Positions 24,533 to 36,700 of a DNA stretch of 64,000 nt are shown here, one piece after another. Below the pieces are notes generated by a model that saw only the letters and a list, made by a program, of their open reading frames with translations, was not told the DNA's origin and did no database searches. This DNA comes from Folioceros fuciformis (Eukaryota). Position 1 is the first letter of the stretch, and each line of letters starts with the position of its first letter. A program made the position numbers and the translations under genes. Location of the stretch: assembly GCA_049999805.1 (NCBI GenBank), contig JBNGIO010005723.1, positions 1 through 64,000 on the forward strand. The letters run 5' to 3'.

Positions 24533-25216
24533 ATGGAGACGGAGGGTGGAGCTACTTCGGTCGAAGTTACGTCTAGTGGCACGGAGAATCGTGAGAAATT
24601 ATTAAGTTGCGCGGAACCTAAAGCTACTCTTAGAGCCACGGAGCATCCAGAGGAGGATTGCAGCGCAACTCCTAGTGCCACGGAGCACCCTGAGGAGGAT
24701 TCCAACGCTACTCCTAGCGCCACGGAGCCTCCTGAGGAGGTTTCTAACGCTATTCCTAGCGCCACGGAGCATCCCGAGGAGGATTCTAACTCTACTCCTA
24801 TTGGCACGGGGCATCCTGAGGAGGATTCTAAGGCTACGCCTAGTGCCACGGAGCATCCTGATACTCCTACTGCAGCTCAGCATCCTGAGGAGGATTCTAA
24901 AGATTGTAATGGTGCCACGGAGCATCATGAGGATTGTAATGGCAATGACACGGGACCTAAACAGAAAAGACCTTCTGTATTTCTAGCAAGGAAGAAAAGC
25001 AAGGTGATCAAGTCTGAGGTTGATGAAGCTGCTGCCATGCTCCAAGCCATGAAGGGAGTATTAGTCGTGGATGGTTTGGACCTGCGTCCTCATATTACCT
25101 ATAGGCTGGGTAGCGAAGATTTCTTCTACCGCCCTGCCGCCCTTAGAAGAGGCGCACGACATGGCGCCCAGAGGAAAAGAGTATTGAGAATTGAACATTT
25201 TCTGAAGGCAGATTGA
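24533..25216 (+). CDS. Hypothetical ORF with 14-aa acidic repeats (SATEHPEEDSNATP) and a basic NLS-like patch; possibly repeat/TE-associated
   Basis: 227-aa ORF; 42-bp repeat at ~24630-24940; PKQKRP..RKKSK; no recognised domain. Confidence 0.4.
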   Translation: METEGGATSVEVTSSGTENREKLLSCAEPKATLRATEHPEEDCSATPSATEHPEEDSNATPSATEPPEEVSNAIPSATEHPEEDSNSTPIGTGHPEEDSKATPSATEHPDTPTAAQHPEEDSKDCNGATEHHEDCNGNDTGPKQKRPSVFLARKKSKVIKSEVDEAAAMLQAMKGVLVVDGLDLRPHITYRLGSEDFFYRPAALRRGARHGAQRKRVLRIEHFLKAD

Positions 25217-25592
25217 GGCTCTGGGAGTGGCTGGCTGTTGCAAGATGTATGTATGCGCGCGATGACCTTTAAAACAGTCGAAGCCTCCTCGGTCTCCTTT
25301 GGTTGTTCCTCTCGTTTTCTTGGTACCTGGGGCTCCGCACCTCCACATGACATGTTGCAACTGCAGCGTTGAGAGAGTACAAGAAGGCTTGTTTCGTGTT
25401 GAGCTTCATGATGTAGTTTCTGCTAGTAGTCCTGCGAATCACAACCGCAGACATGGCCGCAAGAAGAAGCTACACGTAGCTATATTAAGCAAGTACTGTT
25501 ATTGTGATGTATAGATCACTCGCACCTAAACCTAAGCGAACATGGTTGCCCGCTTCGGGGAGCAGGTTTGGGCAAGACTTTAATGATAATCT

Positions 25593-26515
25593 ATGGCGGT
25601 GAGGCCGAAGCTGTTGAGAAAGCGCCTATCCTCCTTCGAGCAGGTGCAAGGTGTCCTTCCTTGCCTGTTCTGTGCGGCCGCCTTCCTCGCGCTCTCGCTG
25701 GCTCTCCTCTCTCTTCTCGCCTCTATATATTGCGACTCGCCTCTGTGTATGGGATCATCCAGTTCCAAGTCCGAGCCCGCTGCATCGTCCAGCTACGGCG
25801 CCATGGCCAAGGTTGCGCCTCCTGTTGTGTCTACTCTCAGCAAAGTTCAGGGCATCGTGGAGAAGGAGCCCCTCGTCGTTTTCAGGTGTGGCAACCGGAA
25901 GAAGTTTGTCACAATTTGGTTGAGGAAGCGGGCCGGTGTTTTGATCCCGCGACTGCCGATTGCCACGGCCTGACTTGATTGGCTTCCTTTCTCCTGGCTG
26001 CAGCAAGTCCTACTGCCCCTTCTGCAAGCGCGTGAAGAAGCTGTTTTCGGATTTAGGCGCCACCGGATCGGTGGTGGAGCTAGATGAAGAAGGTATGTTG
26101 ATGAGTGTGCTTGGCCTGGTGCAGTGGATTAGGGGCCGGATATGATTGAGTTGGTGACTGAAAGGTGTGCAATTGAGCTTTCGCCCTCGCGCATGCGTGT
26201 TCGCAGCTGACGGAGATGCGATTCAAAACGCCCTAGCCAGCTGGACGAAGCAACGGACGGTGCCGAATGTGTTCATCGGTGGAAATCACGTCGGTGGATG
26301 TGATGGTGAGCTTCTTTTTGGTTCAGTTTGGTTCGGTTTCGATTCTGGCGAGGCCTGGTTCGAATGTTTCCTACGTTTTCTGACGTTTTCGTTTTTTCTT
26401 CTGTGTTTCCCGTGTTGCGACGGCAGATACTTTGCTACTGCAAAAGCAAGGAAAGCTTGTGCCTATGCTTAAAGAAGCTGGGGCGGTGAAGGAGGAGTTG
26501 AATGTTTCTGCTTAA
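25593..26515 (+). CDS. Class I (CPYC-type) glutaredoxin, active site YCPFC (4 exons)
   Basis: VVFS|KSYCPFCKRVK, VVELDE, QRTVPNVFIGGNHVGGCD|DT, GKLVPMLKEAGA; alternative start MGSSSSK at 25749. Confidence 0.93.
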
Positions 26516-27388
26516 GTACTAGGTTTGTCCGATTTAGCGTTACCATATTGGCCGGCACAATCTTCTGTTGTACAGTAGCAGTACACTGGTCACCAGGCAG
26601 TGCACCAGTCCGTCAGGAGCCTTTCGTTGTTTTCAGGGCACTTTGGTCTGGCAGACGTCCGGCAGCCCGGGAATCTTCCAGGCCCGAAGGCTTCCTTCTG
26701 TTTCCGGATGCGGCATCCTCTTCTCCTGGGTCTGCAGGTGACCAGGTCTCTTTACTGGCTGGTGTTGTAACCACGAGATCCGAATCCAATTCTTGTGCGA
26801 GATGCGGCAGAGCCTCGTGGCTGTCGACTGAGTTGACAACGCCTGCCAATTGGTGAATTCTCGAAACGGGATGCAAACGTTTCTGCCCCGTAGTATCCAT
26901 CCCTTATATAGGAAACATTTGTTGACTAACTTCCATTTTGTCACAATGGAATTCGTCATAGAAGTTGCAGAACGACAGTGTCAAAAGACGAAATTCTTCT
27001 GCTGTCACAGAAGATGGTTTGCCAAGTTTCAATGAATCATATTAACTACCTAAATAAATTAAGTATATCATATTAATTCTTTAACATGATTAGATTGGCT
27101 TGTAAGTTCAATGATAAGAACAGACAAACCTGTTCATGGGCTATCCATGGAGACCTAATCGAGAAGAAATGTGAAGGGGCCATGTTTGCCTAATACATAC
27201 ACAGGCAGTGTCTAATTACATGAAGGGCAGATCTGGGGCATGAGGAATGAACCCCCGGGCCCCGGGGGAAGTGAAGGATTGGTCCAAAGCATGCACTGTG
27301 ATGCTTCCTCGCAAGTAAGTAGCGCACATCATCAAGCAGCAGCAGCAGCATCGTCCTGTATCCTGTAACGTGGTGGAAGCGGGGCCCG

Positions 27389-28550
27389 ATGGGGCTGGAC
27401 ACGCTGTTGCTGCTCCTCCTATGGCGTCTCATTTGGCTGGTGCTTGCATGGCGTCTCCTCTGGGCTTTCTGGATTACAGGGAGGCCCAAATCACGGCCTG
27501 CTCCAAGACGTGCTCTGCGCACCTTGATTGTGCTGGGATCTGGTGCGCTCCGATGCCTGGCCTGGCCTGTCCTGGCCTTCCTTGGCTTGCTGTCTTGTCT
27601 CCATGCCTGCTAAAGCTCAACTTGTGCGTGCTGTCGAACAGGCGGCCATACGGCAGAGATGCTGAATTTCGTGAGCGCGCTCAGTCCCCGGAGATATGCC
27701 CCCAGATGGTATGTCGCGGCCATGAGTGACAACATGAGCCTGGGGCGTGCGCAGCATGCGGAGGAAACTGCTGCGGAGATAGCTTCGTTGTCTGAGAAGG
27801 TGTGGAGAATCTGGTCTCGTCGGGCGGAACGAGTAGGCGTGCTTGATGTGCAGTTTGCGTGCCTCTCATGTAGGCCAATCCTACAGTGCTGATTTTGGCA
27901 GACTGGATGAGGATTCTCAGGCTGGAAGTACGTACGAACAGGAGCTGCATTACCTCCAGATTTACAGGAGCAGGGAGGTGGGACAAAGCTATTTCACATC
28001 GATCTGGACCACGCTTCTTGCCATGGCGCATGGAGGGTGGCTGGTGTTGAGAATCAGACCTGATGTTGTAAGTGGCTGGGCCTGCTTTGTGTTCTCCGCC
28101 ACAGCGCCTTGTGTAGAATTGAGGATACCCGACTTGCTTCTTGGATGAGACAATTCATTCATCGATACGATGCACTGAACGAACGCTACTCTTCGTCATG
28201 TATATGCAGGTGCTATGCAATGGCCCGGGTACTTGTCTTCCGATCTGCGTGGCCGCTTTCCTGTACAAGGTGAGGATCCGTTTGCCAACACCCCTATTGT
28301 GGCCTTTGAGATGTCAAGGTTGAGATCCGGTGTAAACTCCCCTTGCCTTTTCTTAATTCTTGTTTTTGCCCAGGTTGTAGGATTCAAGCGGGTGGTGATA
28401 GTGTACATTGAGAGCATTGCTAGAGTCCGCAGGCTCTCCCTCACGGGCTTGCTGCTCTACAGGCTCCGGATCGTAGACCAATTTTTTGTGCAGTGGCCAA
28501 AGCTACAGGAGGAGTTCCCAAGGACGCAATACCTGGGCAGACTCATGTAG
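27389..28550 (+). CDS. ALG14: UDP-GlcNAc transferase subunit ALG14 (multi-exon)
   Basis: TLIVLGSG|GHTAEML, QIYRSREVGQSYFTSIWTT, RIRPDV|VLCNGPGTCLPIC, VYIESIARVRRLSLTGLLLY, FFVQWPKLQ. Confidence 0.93.
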
Positions 28551-28808
28551 GATTCGATGCTGCACTTTAGGATATTAGCAAGTTTTCAAGCTGTGCATTT
28601 ACAGCTAGACCGAAAGGTCCTACTTCTACTAACAGACCAAGGTTCTCAGAGATGACGCCTCGTTGTATGCGGATACCTTGTAACCAACCACTCTGTATCA
28701 TGACCATGAAAAAATTCAAGTGCAGCATCCCTGAGATGTTCCGACAAGTTACAGGATGATTTGCAGACGTGAGTCAAGACCACGGGGGAAAACAATCTTT
28801 GTTCCCTG

Positions 28809-29217
28809 CTACCGTTGCATCATCCTAGATATTCTTTGCAGGTGGTAGTTGATAGTTTGATTTGGCTTTCCCTTCTTGCCCTGCACATCAAAGGACCCTA
28901 CCATGTCAGAAGCATTTCGATCGCAAACTTGGGACGCAACTACTCCATAGCTTGACTGTCCTTCGCTGCTTAATCCACCCTTCAATGAGGCAATAAGCTC
29001 CTCACAGATAAATTGTAACGTTCAAGCATGCTGTTAACAAACTCACCTGAAGATCCATGCAGGTGTTGAGAGCAGCTCTCTCCGTAGCGCAAGCAGCATC
29101 ATCAAAGTTGGTTCTTCCAAGAGCTCCCAGATACCTCAACATTTCGGTAAGGCATGGGAACTGCTTCCGAGTAAGGGTCTTGGGGTTTACTCGCATGATA
29201 CCCGCCTTGCGCCCCAT
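28809..29217 (-). CDS. Small CX9C protein resembling mitochondrial ribosomal protein mS37/CHCHD1 (2 exons)
   Basis: MGRKAG..RVNPK...PCLTEM...DDAACATERAALNTCMDLQ|GKKGKPNQTINYHLQRISR. Confidence 0.75.
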
Positions 29218-29310
29218 GATGGCTTGCTTCGTCCACGCCGTGGATGATCACTTCCTTCTCGAGTGGTATCATCCGGGAGGGGCTGTGGAAGAACAATAGT
29301 AAGTGGATTC

Positions 29311-29325
29311 AAACCCTAACCCTAG
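29311..29325 (+). promoter_or_regulatory. Telo-box (AAACCCTAACCCTAG) in the divergent promoter between the mS37-like gene and PNO1
   Basis: Exact AAACCCTA motif, known upstream of plant translation and ribosome-biogenesis genes. Confidence 0.6.
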
Positions 29326-29454
29326 AATGGCAAAAATAGAAAGATACCGAGTCTGGAACGGGAAAGGGTATTCCTAAAGTCTCTATATATATGTGGCCTG
29401 TCACCCATGATATCGTCTTATTCGAGAAGACTTGTTGCTTTCGAGTCGGCTCAG

Positions 29455-30252
29455 ATGGCGGACTACGATACCTCTCCGATGGAGGATGCTCCTCCGCTGG
29501 AGGAGTCCGTCGCGATGGAGGAGGCTGGGCCGTCGAAGCCTCAGTTTCCGCCGCTGTCTGCCCAAGAGATGGGGGGCGGCCGAGTGCAGGTTCGCAGACT
29601 CTTTGTGCCCTCTCATCGGTACAGTCCTTTGAAACAACATTGGATGGAAATTTACACGCCAATCTACGAGCAAATGAAGATCGACGTCCGGATGAACCTC
29701 AAGGTACGATGCATTCAGCTTACTTCAGCTGCCTGTCTCTGCGCGCTCAGCTGGCTGTGTAGGGTACCCAGTGATCGATCGTGTAGGGCATCGAGAACTC
29801 ACAATCAACTGCCTTATTCTGGCTTGCAGACTCGCAAAGTGGAATTGAAGACAAGACGACATACTCCTGATGCCGACGCTTTGCAGAAATGTGCCGATTT
29901 TGTGCATGCTTTTATTTTAGGGTTCGACATCGCTGATGCAATCGCGCTGCTGAGATTGGATGACCTGTATGTTGAGTCTTTCGAGATTAAGGATGTGAAG
30001 ACGTTGAGAGGGGAGCACTTGTCTAGAGCTATTGGAAGGTTGTCAGGCAAGGGAGGGAAGACAAAACATGCGATTGAGAACACGTCCAGGACAAGAATCG
30101 TCATTGCTGATACGAGGATACACATCCTCGGCTCCTTTGCCAACATAAGAGTGGCAAGGAATGCTCTTTGCAACCTTATTTTAGGGTCCCCTGCGGCGAA
30201 AGTTTACTCGACGTTGAAGAATGTATCTCGCCGATTGGCGGAGAATTTTTGA
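29455..30252 (+). CDS. PNO1: Pre-rRNA processing KH-domain protein PNO1/DIM2 (intron ~29704-29829)
   Basis: VPSHRYSPLKQHWMEIYTPI, DAIALLRLDDLYVESFEIKDVKTLRGEHLSRAIGRLSGKGGKTKHAIEN, LILGSPAAKVY. Confidence 0.96.
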   Translation: MADYDTSPMEDAPPLEESVAMEEAGPSKPQFPPLSAQEMGGGRVQVRRLFVPSHRYSPLKQHWMEIYTPIYEQMKIDVRMNLKVRCIQLTSAACLCALSWLCRVPSDRSCRASRTHNQLPYSGLQTRKVELKTRRHTPDADALQKCADFVHAFILGFDIADAIALLRLDDLYVESFEIKDVKTLRGEHLSRAIGRLSGKGGKTKHAIENTSRTRIVIADTRIHILGSFANIRVARNALCNLILGSPAAKVYSTLKNVSRRLAENF

Positions 30253-30666
30253 GCTATGTTCCACTTGTTTCAACATTCGACATGGAAAAATTATCGTTCT
30301 TGCAGTGCTAGGATGATGCATCGGGGCAAAGGTCCCTGAGGGTGAAGAAGTTTATACGCATATGTTTGGCAAACTTCGCGTAACAGGATGGTACATCGAT
30401 GTAGACTAACAAATTGATTTTCTGTGGAGGATTACACAAGTTAACAGCATGATCAAGCCAGTGAGTATGTATGGCCTATTTAAGTATAACCAATTCACTC
30501 CTTTTGAAAAGTTTGTATGCACTTATCACCCCGAGTCCTCGGGCTGCTCTTACGGACGTTCTTCGTCGGAAGGTCGGTCTATTCCTAAAGGCCTGAAGCC
30601 TGGAGCCTACCATCGACTTTCTCTTGGTTGACTACCTTGTCAGTGCGGACATTGTGTGGATCGAGA

Positions 30667-31778
30667 CTATAACCAAGCTTCTGCATTATCACCCTGACTA
30701 GCAAACTCCTGAATTGCTGCGGCTGTCTGCCTTGCAGTCGCTGGCAATTGAGCAGCAACAGCTAGGTGTTGTGCCAGTGCCATCTGCTGCTGAGCTGCTT
30801 GACCTTGCTGCAATGCTGCCTGAAACCCAGAATCCAATGCAGTAAGTAGCTGAAGATTCCTGGACAAGTATTCTGTGATGGGCAGTACAGGTGGCTTGAA
30901 AGGTAGATAGCTTGAAAGGTACATACCTCCTGTGTTGCTGCATCTAGAGAAGTGTGTGCTATGTCTTGAGCAGCCTGCAACTGAGTTGTAGCGGCCTCAG
31001 CCCTCCTAAGGCAACCAAGGTCAGCATCTGCTGGCAGCACGCGTCACTGGCCTCTTGAGTCAGCGGCGGTGGCACAGGCTGTCGGCCACATGATCCTAGA
31101 TAGATGAAAAAGGCTTGTACTTTAAATAAAGTGAGATATGTCATACACGATGCCAAGGCAACTGGAATCAAAGCTCATGCTGTTCTTACCACCACTGCCA
31201 TGCACAGCCTGTAGTTGTGCTGCGGCCTGCTGCTGTCGAGCCAGTGCTTGCTGCTGAGCCACTGCCTGCTGCTGAGCTTGGGCTGCTTCCTGCTGCTGGG
31301 GTAACTGCTGAGCAGCGATATGTTGTGCAGCGATTTGGTCCACCTGTCTATCAGCAACATGCATCTGCTCCGCAACAGCATCCTTCGCCGCCTGTCTGGC
31401 TGCAGTGTTGGCGGCAGAGAACGCTGTCGTGTGCGCAGCTTCCTGCCGCGCTGCTGCTTCCTGGATGGCATGCCCAGCCTTTTCTTCAGCAGTGATCCAC
31501 TTATGGTACGCTATCTTAGCTGCTCTCTCAGCCTTGGCTTGCGCCTCCGCCGCCTCCTCCGCGGTGAACCTCGCCTGTTGCAAGACCCGGTTGTACCTCA
31601 GTGAGGAAACACGGCGAAATTGTCAAACGAAAAGGCTTCAAAGGCAACAACCGTCACTCACTTGAACTTGAGTCTCGGACGACCACTGCTCCGGAGCTTT
31701 GTCCTCCTCCATTCTCTCTCGTGAAAGTTTCTCTTCTTCTTGCGGAAAATTCTCTCTCGATATCTGTGATTCCGTCAT
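30667..31778 (-). CDS. Ala/Gln-rich predicted coiled-coil protein of unknown function (multi-exon)
   Basis: Successive GT-AG-bounded exons MTESQ..., QQARFTAEEAAEAQAKAERAAK...QQQAAAQLQA, AEAATTQLQAAQ..., AALQQGQAAQQQ...EAWL*. Confidence 0.6.
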
Positions 31779-33743
31779 GATACCTCAGCGGGATTGACTG
31801 AGCCTGGGCCTACAACAGCGAGGCAATCTCAGTCCTCACACTAAGCCAGCATTCAATGGCTTCCACACACAAGAAAACATCCTCTCGTAAGGCTAGATCG
31901 AATTCCAAGACCGGAAGCACTACCGTGCGGTTCTCAAATGTGGGTGGCACGTTCACCTGGTGAACTGCAGATCGTTCGTGTGAGAGCTCGAATCCTTCCT
32001 CGAAGGAGAGATTGAAATATTGTATAAATTGAACTTCAAATCGGGCATTAGATGACCCGACTGCTAGCAGAACCGGAGATTCTTCTCAGGATAATCTGCC
32101 TCACTCGCCTCGGGACAGGCACTTCTCGGACTACTTCTTCCACCACACGGATTATGATGAAGCAGTATGCTTCAAGCAGATGGGCTAGCAATGCGACGAG
32201 AATCATCTCCGATTGCCTGCAATTCCTCACACAGTTGCAATTGGTCCAGACCAAAGCTAAAAAATCGGGACCCAAGCACTCTAAATCAAGTAGAACTCTT
32301 GTATGCTAGATGCACAACACAACACAGTTCAACACAACACAGTTCAGCACAACAGCAGGGCAAGGAAGAAGAGCAGATATTCCGTCTTCCTCAATGCTCA
32401 AACGTCAAACCCCCTCCCTATCCACAGGGCTTCATCTGCGATACGATCAGAGCAGATGTTGGACAGGCCGTGCAGATCTGGGACAGACCGTGCAGCGTCA
32501 AGGTTCCGTGTAGAGCGAGATCATCAAAACGACAAAAATAGCCGCTCTCTGCAGCCCAAAAAACGCATAAAAAAAGGCACACCATGCAACGCGCTGTCCA
32601 GCATCTCCAGAACAACGGCCAGCCTGACTATTTCAGGGTAGCGACAATCGGGATCGGAGCCGAACAGATAGCAGAGGTACACAGTACCTGCATACTCACA
32701 TGCCCAGAGCCGCCAGCGGTCCAGATCTAACCATGTTGCAGTGTGGGAGCCAAGGTCGGTGCGGCTGCTTAGGTGTTGCCAGAAATTCCAGTACTTCACT
32801 GGGGATGCGAGGCTATATTCCTGAACCTCACTCCAGCTGCTCAGCATGTTTTGCCGAAGTGCCAGTGAAGACTGCGGATTCGGTGAAGTTGCTGTGCAAC
32901 GTGTCTGCGCGCATGCTGCCCACAAGCCAACGCCGAATTTTTTCACCAGCTAAACGAAATCAAACTCAAGTAAATTAATCTTTAACGCAGTCAAAGAACG
33001 CTGCTACTTGCAAGAACCACCTGGTCCTGGTGTTCCCGAGCTCTGCTTCTGCACTGAGATCACATTAGATCAGAGCTTTGAGTTGATGATGAAATTCGAT
33101 ATAAATTAGGATCAGTATCTCCATCGCCGCGGTGTTGTTCAGCTAAGCTGAAATGTTACAACTTAGCCTGCATTGTAATTGAGCTGATTAGGCAGGGCAT
33201 TGGCTCCATTCGTGCATCCTGCAAAATCACTCTACACCTGTTTCTTGTCGCTGTCTGAAGAATGGGATTCATGGTTCAGGAGACTTGCAATTGAAGGAAC
33301 ACGACGACTTCCATGGTCCATTGATTCCTTTGGAGATGCATGCGAATGAGGTGCATACATAACCTGAAGGGACATGGAGGGTTTCAAACTGTCGGAAGAA
33401 CGAAGGCACTTGACTGGCCAGAGGCAGCTATTAGCAGCTCCGAACCAGTCACCTGCCGCAGGTTCTTAAAAAGGGAAACCTCGGAGACCTTTGGAGCCGC
33501 AAAGCTCAGCCTTGCAGGCGCTTCGCTTCCTCGAGACCGTCGTCGGTTTGCTTCAAGATCCTAAGCTTCACAAGACACTTTGAGACGATGGCCTTGACAA
33601 AACCCTAATCTGCCGTAGAAGAGTTCGCTTCGGTGCTTCGACGCCTGGACGCCCTGACCGTTGATCCAGGTCGTTCAGAAGGGTAGTAACGCATTATCTG
33701 CATAAAGTTGTCTCCCTTGTTCAGCCCTCACAAATCCTTCAAT

Positions 33744-36700
33744 ATGCTGGTTCCACAGCTCCCATTCGACAGTAAGTCTCACTTGAACTTTGTTCCTTGT
33801 ATGCCTTCTGCTACACTTCTTTGGTGGCGTGCTATCTTGGCTGCTGAACTCACTTGACCTGCTTCATTGACTCGAACACAGGATGGGACCTTCTTCTTGC
33901 AGCTATTGCTGTCTTCCACGTCATAATGGCACCCTACACCAAAGTAGAAGAAAGTTTCAACGTTCAGGTACCTTGAGGTTGAGAGCCCTCAGAAAGTAAT
34001 GTGCAGAGTGTGATGATCTAACCGGATAGTGACGATTCGGTTTTATCGTGATGAGATGCAGGCTATGCATGATATTCTGTACCATGGCAGTCGCCTTAGA
34101 GGGGCAAGTTTCTTCAATCGTGTGTTGTTGAGGCTCAATGTTCCAATTTGTAACAGCCTTGGGCTGTCAATGACGTTTCTTCGTCTAAAGACCGATTGTT
34201 TGGGTGAACTGATCGGAGCCGCTTTCTGCAGTACGATCACTTTGAGTTTCCGGGGGTTGTTCCTCGTACATTCCTTGGTGTGTGAATCTACCTCTTTTTT
34301 TACATAGCGAGCACGTTTCCTGAACTTCATGAAATTGCCAGTGTTTGTGGAGGGAACTGATCTGAGTATGTGCTAGGTGCTCTTTGCCCGCAGGTGCCTT
34401 TGCAACAGCTGCTCTTGCATCGCCGCTTGTTCTACTGTTAAATCTGCTGCAGCTGCCGAAACTGTACTCGCTATATGCGGGTAGGATTCTGGTCAAGCTA
34501 ACATCTTTTTACATTTTCAGCTCAAAGTCCTCCACAGATACAATATGCCTTTCTAAGGGTATAAATTTGATGTGCAGTTCGTCTTGCATTGGGTGGGATG
34601 GTGCTCGCAACTTTGCACATTTTCCGGGAACAGGTAAGGATGATAAGATATGAGACAAAAGCAATTGGTTGATGAATTTTCTACCTGATAAGAACTGTTT
34701 GAGTGTGTTGTCTTGCTGTCGAATGTGATTGGATTAGGTTTCAGTTGGTTGAGTGCAGCTTTTGCATTTCAGGTTTCTGCCAAATTTGGACGTGATGTGG
34801 GAGTGGCATTTACAATAGTCACTGCCACACAATTCCATTTCTTGTTTTACTGTACTCGGCCTCTTCCAAACACATTTGCTATTGTGTTGGGTAAGTTGTA
34901 AAGCTTTCTGAGATCTCAGCTGCAGTGGCCGCAATCAAATTGGGGCTGCCTGTTTGACCTTGAGATATTTGTGGTTGCTGGAGCAGTGAATTTGGCATAT
35001 GCTGCCTGGATTAGGGGGGAGCCTGCAGTGGCCTTGAGATATCTGGTACCTGATTAGGTGTTAAGTGGCTGCTGTTACAGATACCGGTGTAGCTTATGTC
35101 TGGGGAGGTATTTGATCCACAACTAAGACTGGACATTGGAATGCTTACAGGTGTTCACTACAATTGTGTTCCGATGTGACATGGTGTTGCTGTTAGTGCC
35201 GATTGGGCTCAGCTTTCTACTGGTAGATGAAATGGAAACTATAATCTATCTGATCCTTGGAAACTGCATTTTTTGAGTTCGTTGTCTGATTCTTTACTCT
35301 TAACCCCAAGTCATAATGTGTTTTCAGTGATTATGTGTCCTGGTCCAGTAGGAACTGTCCTCATTACTTTGATCTTTCTGCTCATCACAGAGTTCATTCA
35401 TCACAGTCCCTAAAGCGGTAAAGCATTGCATAGCAATGGCAACGATGAGCATTGGTGAGAAAATCCAGTTGGGCATAGTTTAAACTGATATATGTTAGAC
35501 AGAGGTAGTATTGGGGAATGTAGTCTGCACCTGACATCGCCATTCCTTTATTGCAGGTTTGACTTTTGTACTTGATTCCTACATGTGGCAACAGTGGGTA
35601 TGGCCAGAGTTTGAAGTGTTCTGGTTCAATACTGCCTTGAACCGGAGCTCAGAGTGGGGTGTATCCCGTAGCTATGATTTTCTCCGATTATACTAATTGT
35701 GCTCCATGGTGGCACAGTGTCATACTATTGAGATGTGTTCCTAAATTTAAGAATCAGGTTTCCTCTACACACTGGTATTTCACCTCGGCACTCCCAAGGG
35801 CATTGCTCATAGCATATCCTCTGGCATGTGTGAGCTCCATCTTCCAAACCTCAAGGTGGCTGTTTTTACAGATGCATTTGTTCTTGCATTGCAGGCACAG
35901 GATTGGCACTCAGTTGCAATCGCTTTTACTGCTGACATGTCTTAATTAGAGTGGATTTTTCGATCAAAGTCTGAGGCCTGCTCCTTGGAGAACAAAAGTT
36001 TGATTGGCATCAGTTTTTGTTGGACTTTGCTCATGGTTGCGTTCGGGTAATTTGACAGGTTGGTGTTGTGTTTGAACGTCGGTTGGCTGAGTATCTTGGC
36101 CCTGTTATAAGTTTTGTTCTCCTTTACTCAAAGCTGCGGCATAAGGTACTCTATCTGAGGTATTTGAAGCTGTTGAGTACCACCAGCTTCTCGTATCTAT
36201 CCCCCATTTTCAGTTCAGAATCCTGAATGTGCCGCTTTGCTTGTCAGGAAGAAACTCTCTTTTGTACTGACACCAGTATTTGCTTTTCCAGGAACTGAGA
36301 TTCATCCTAGTTTCAGTGCCTATGTTGAATCTTGCTGCTGCAACTGCTATCACAAGAATGTATGATGAGCAACTTCCTTCAAAAATCTTTCGGTTGTGTA
36401 GACTTACGAGCAGATTTGGTACTGGATGTTTTTTACACATTCTGGGTGGTTGTCTTCAGATATCATAATCGTCACAAAGCAAGATGGCATCTAATCCATT
36501 TGTTATGTGTTGGTTTGTTACTAGGAAGGTTAGACCTTGCCTGCTCCCTTCTTTCTTTGTCATTTTTGCTGTGGCGCAGTGTCCCAATGTTTAGCCGAAG
36601 GCTTGACGTATTTATCACGATTCCAGTTTTGGCATAACGGTAATTATGTCTATTGCATCATATGCAAATTACCCTGGTGGACGAGCGATCACAATTTTGC

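Noticed and set aside
32048-33000. Overlapping short ORFs
   Set aside because: No motifs and no consistent exon chain
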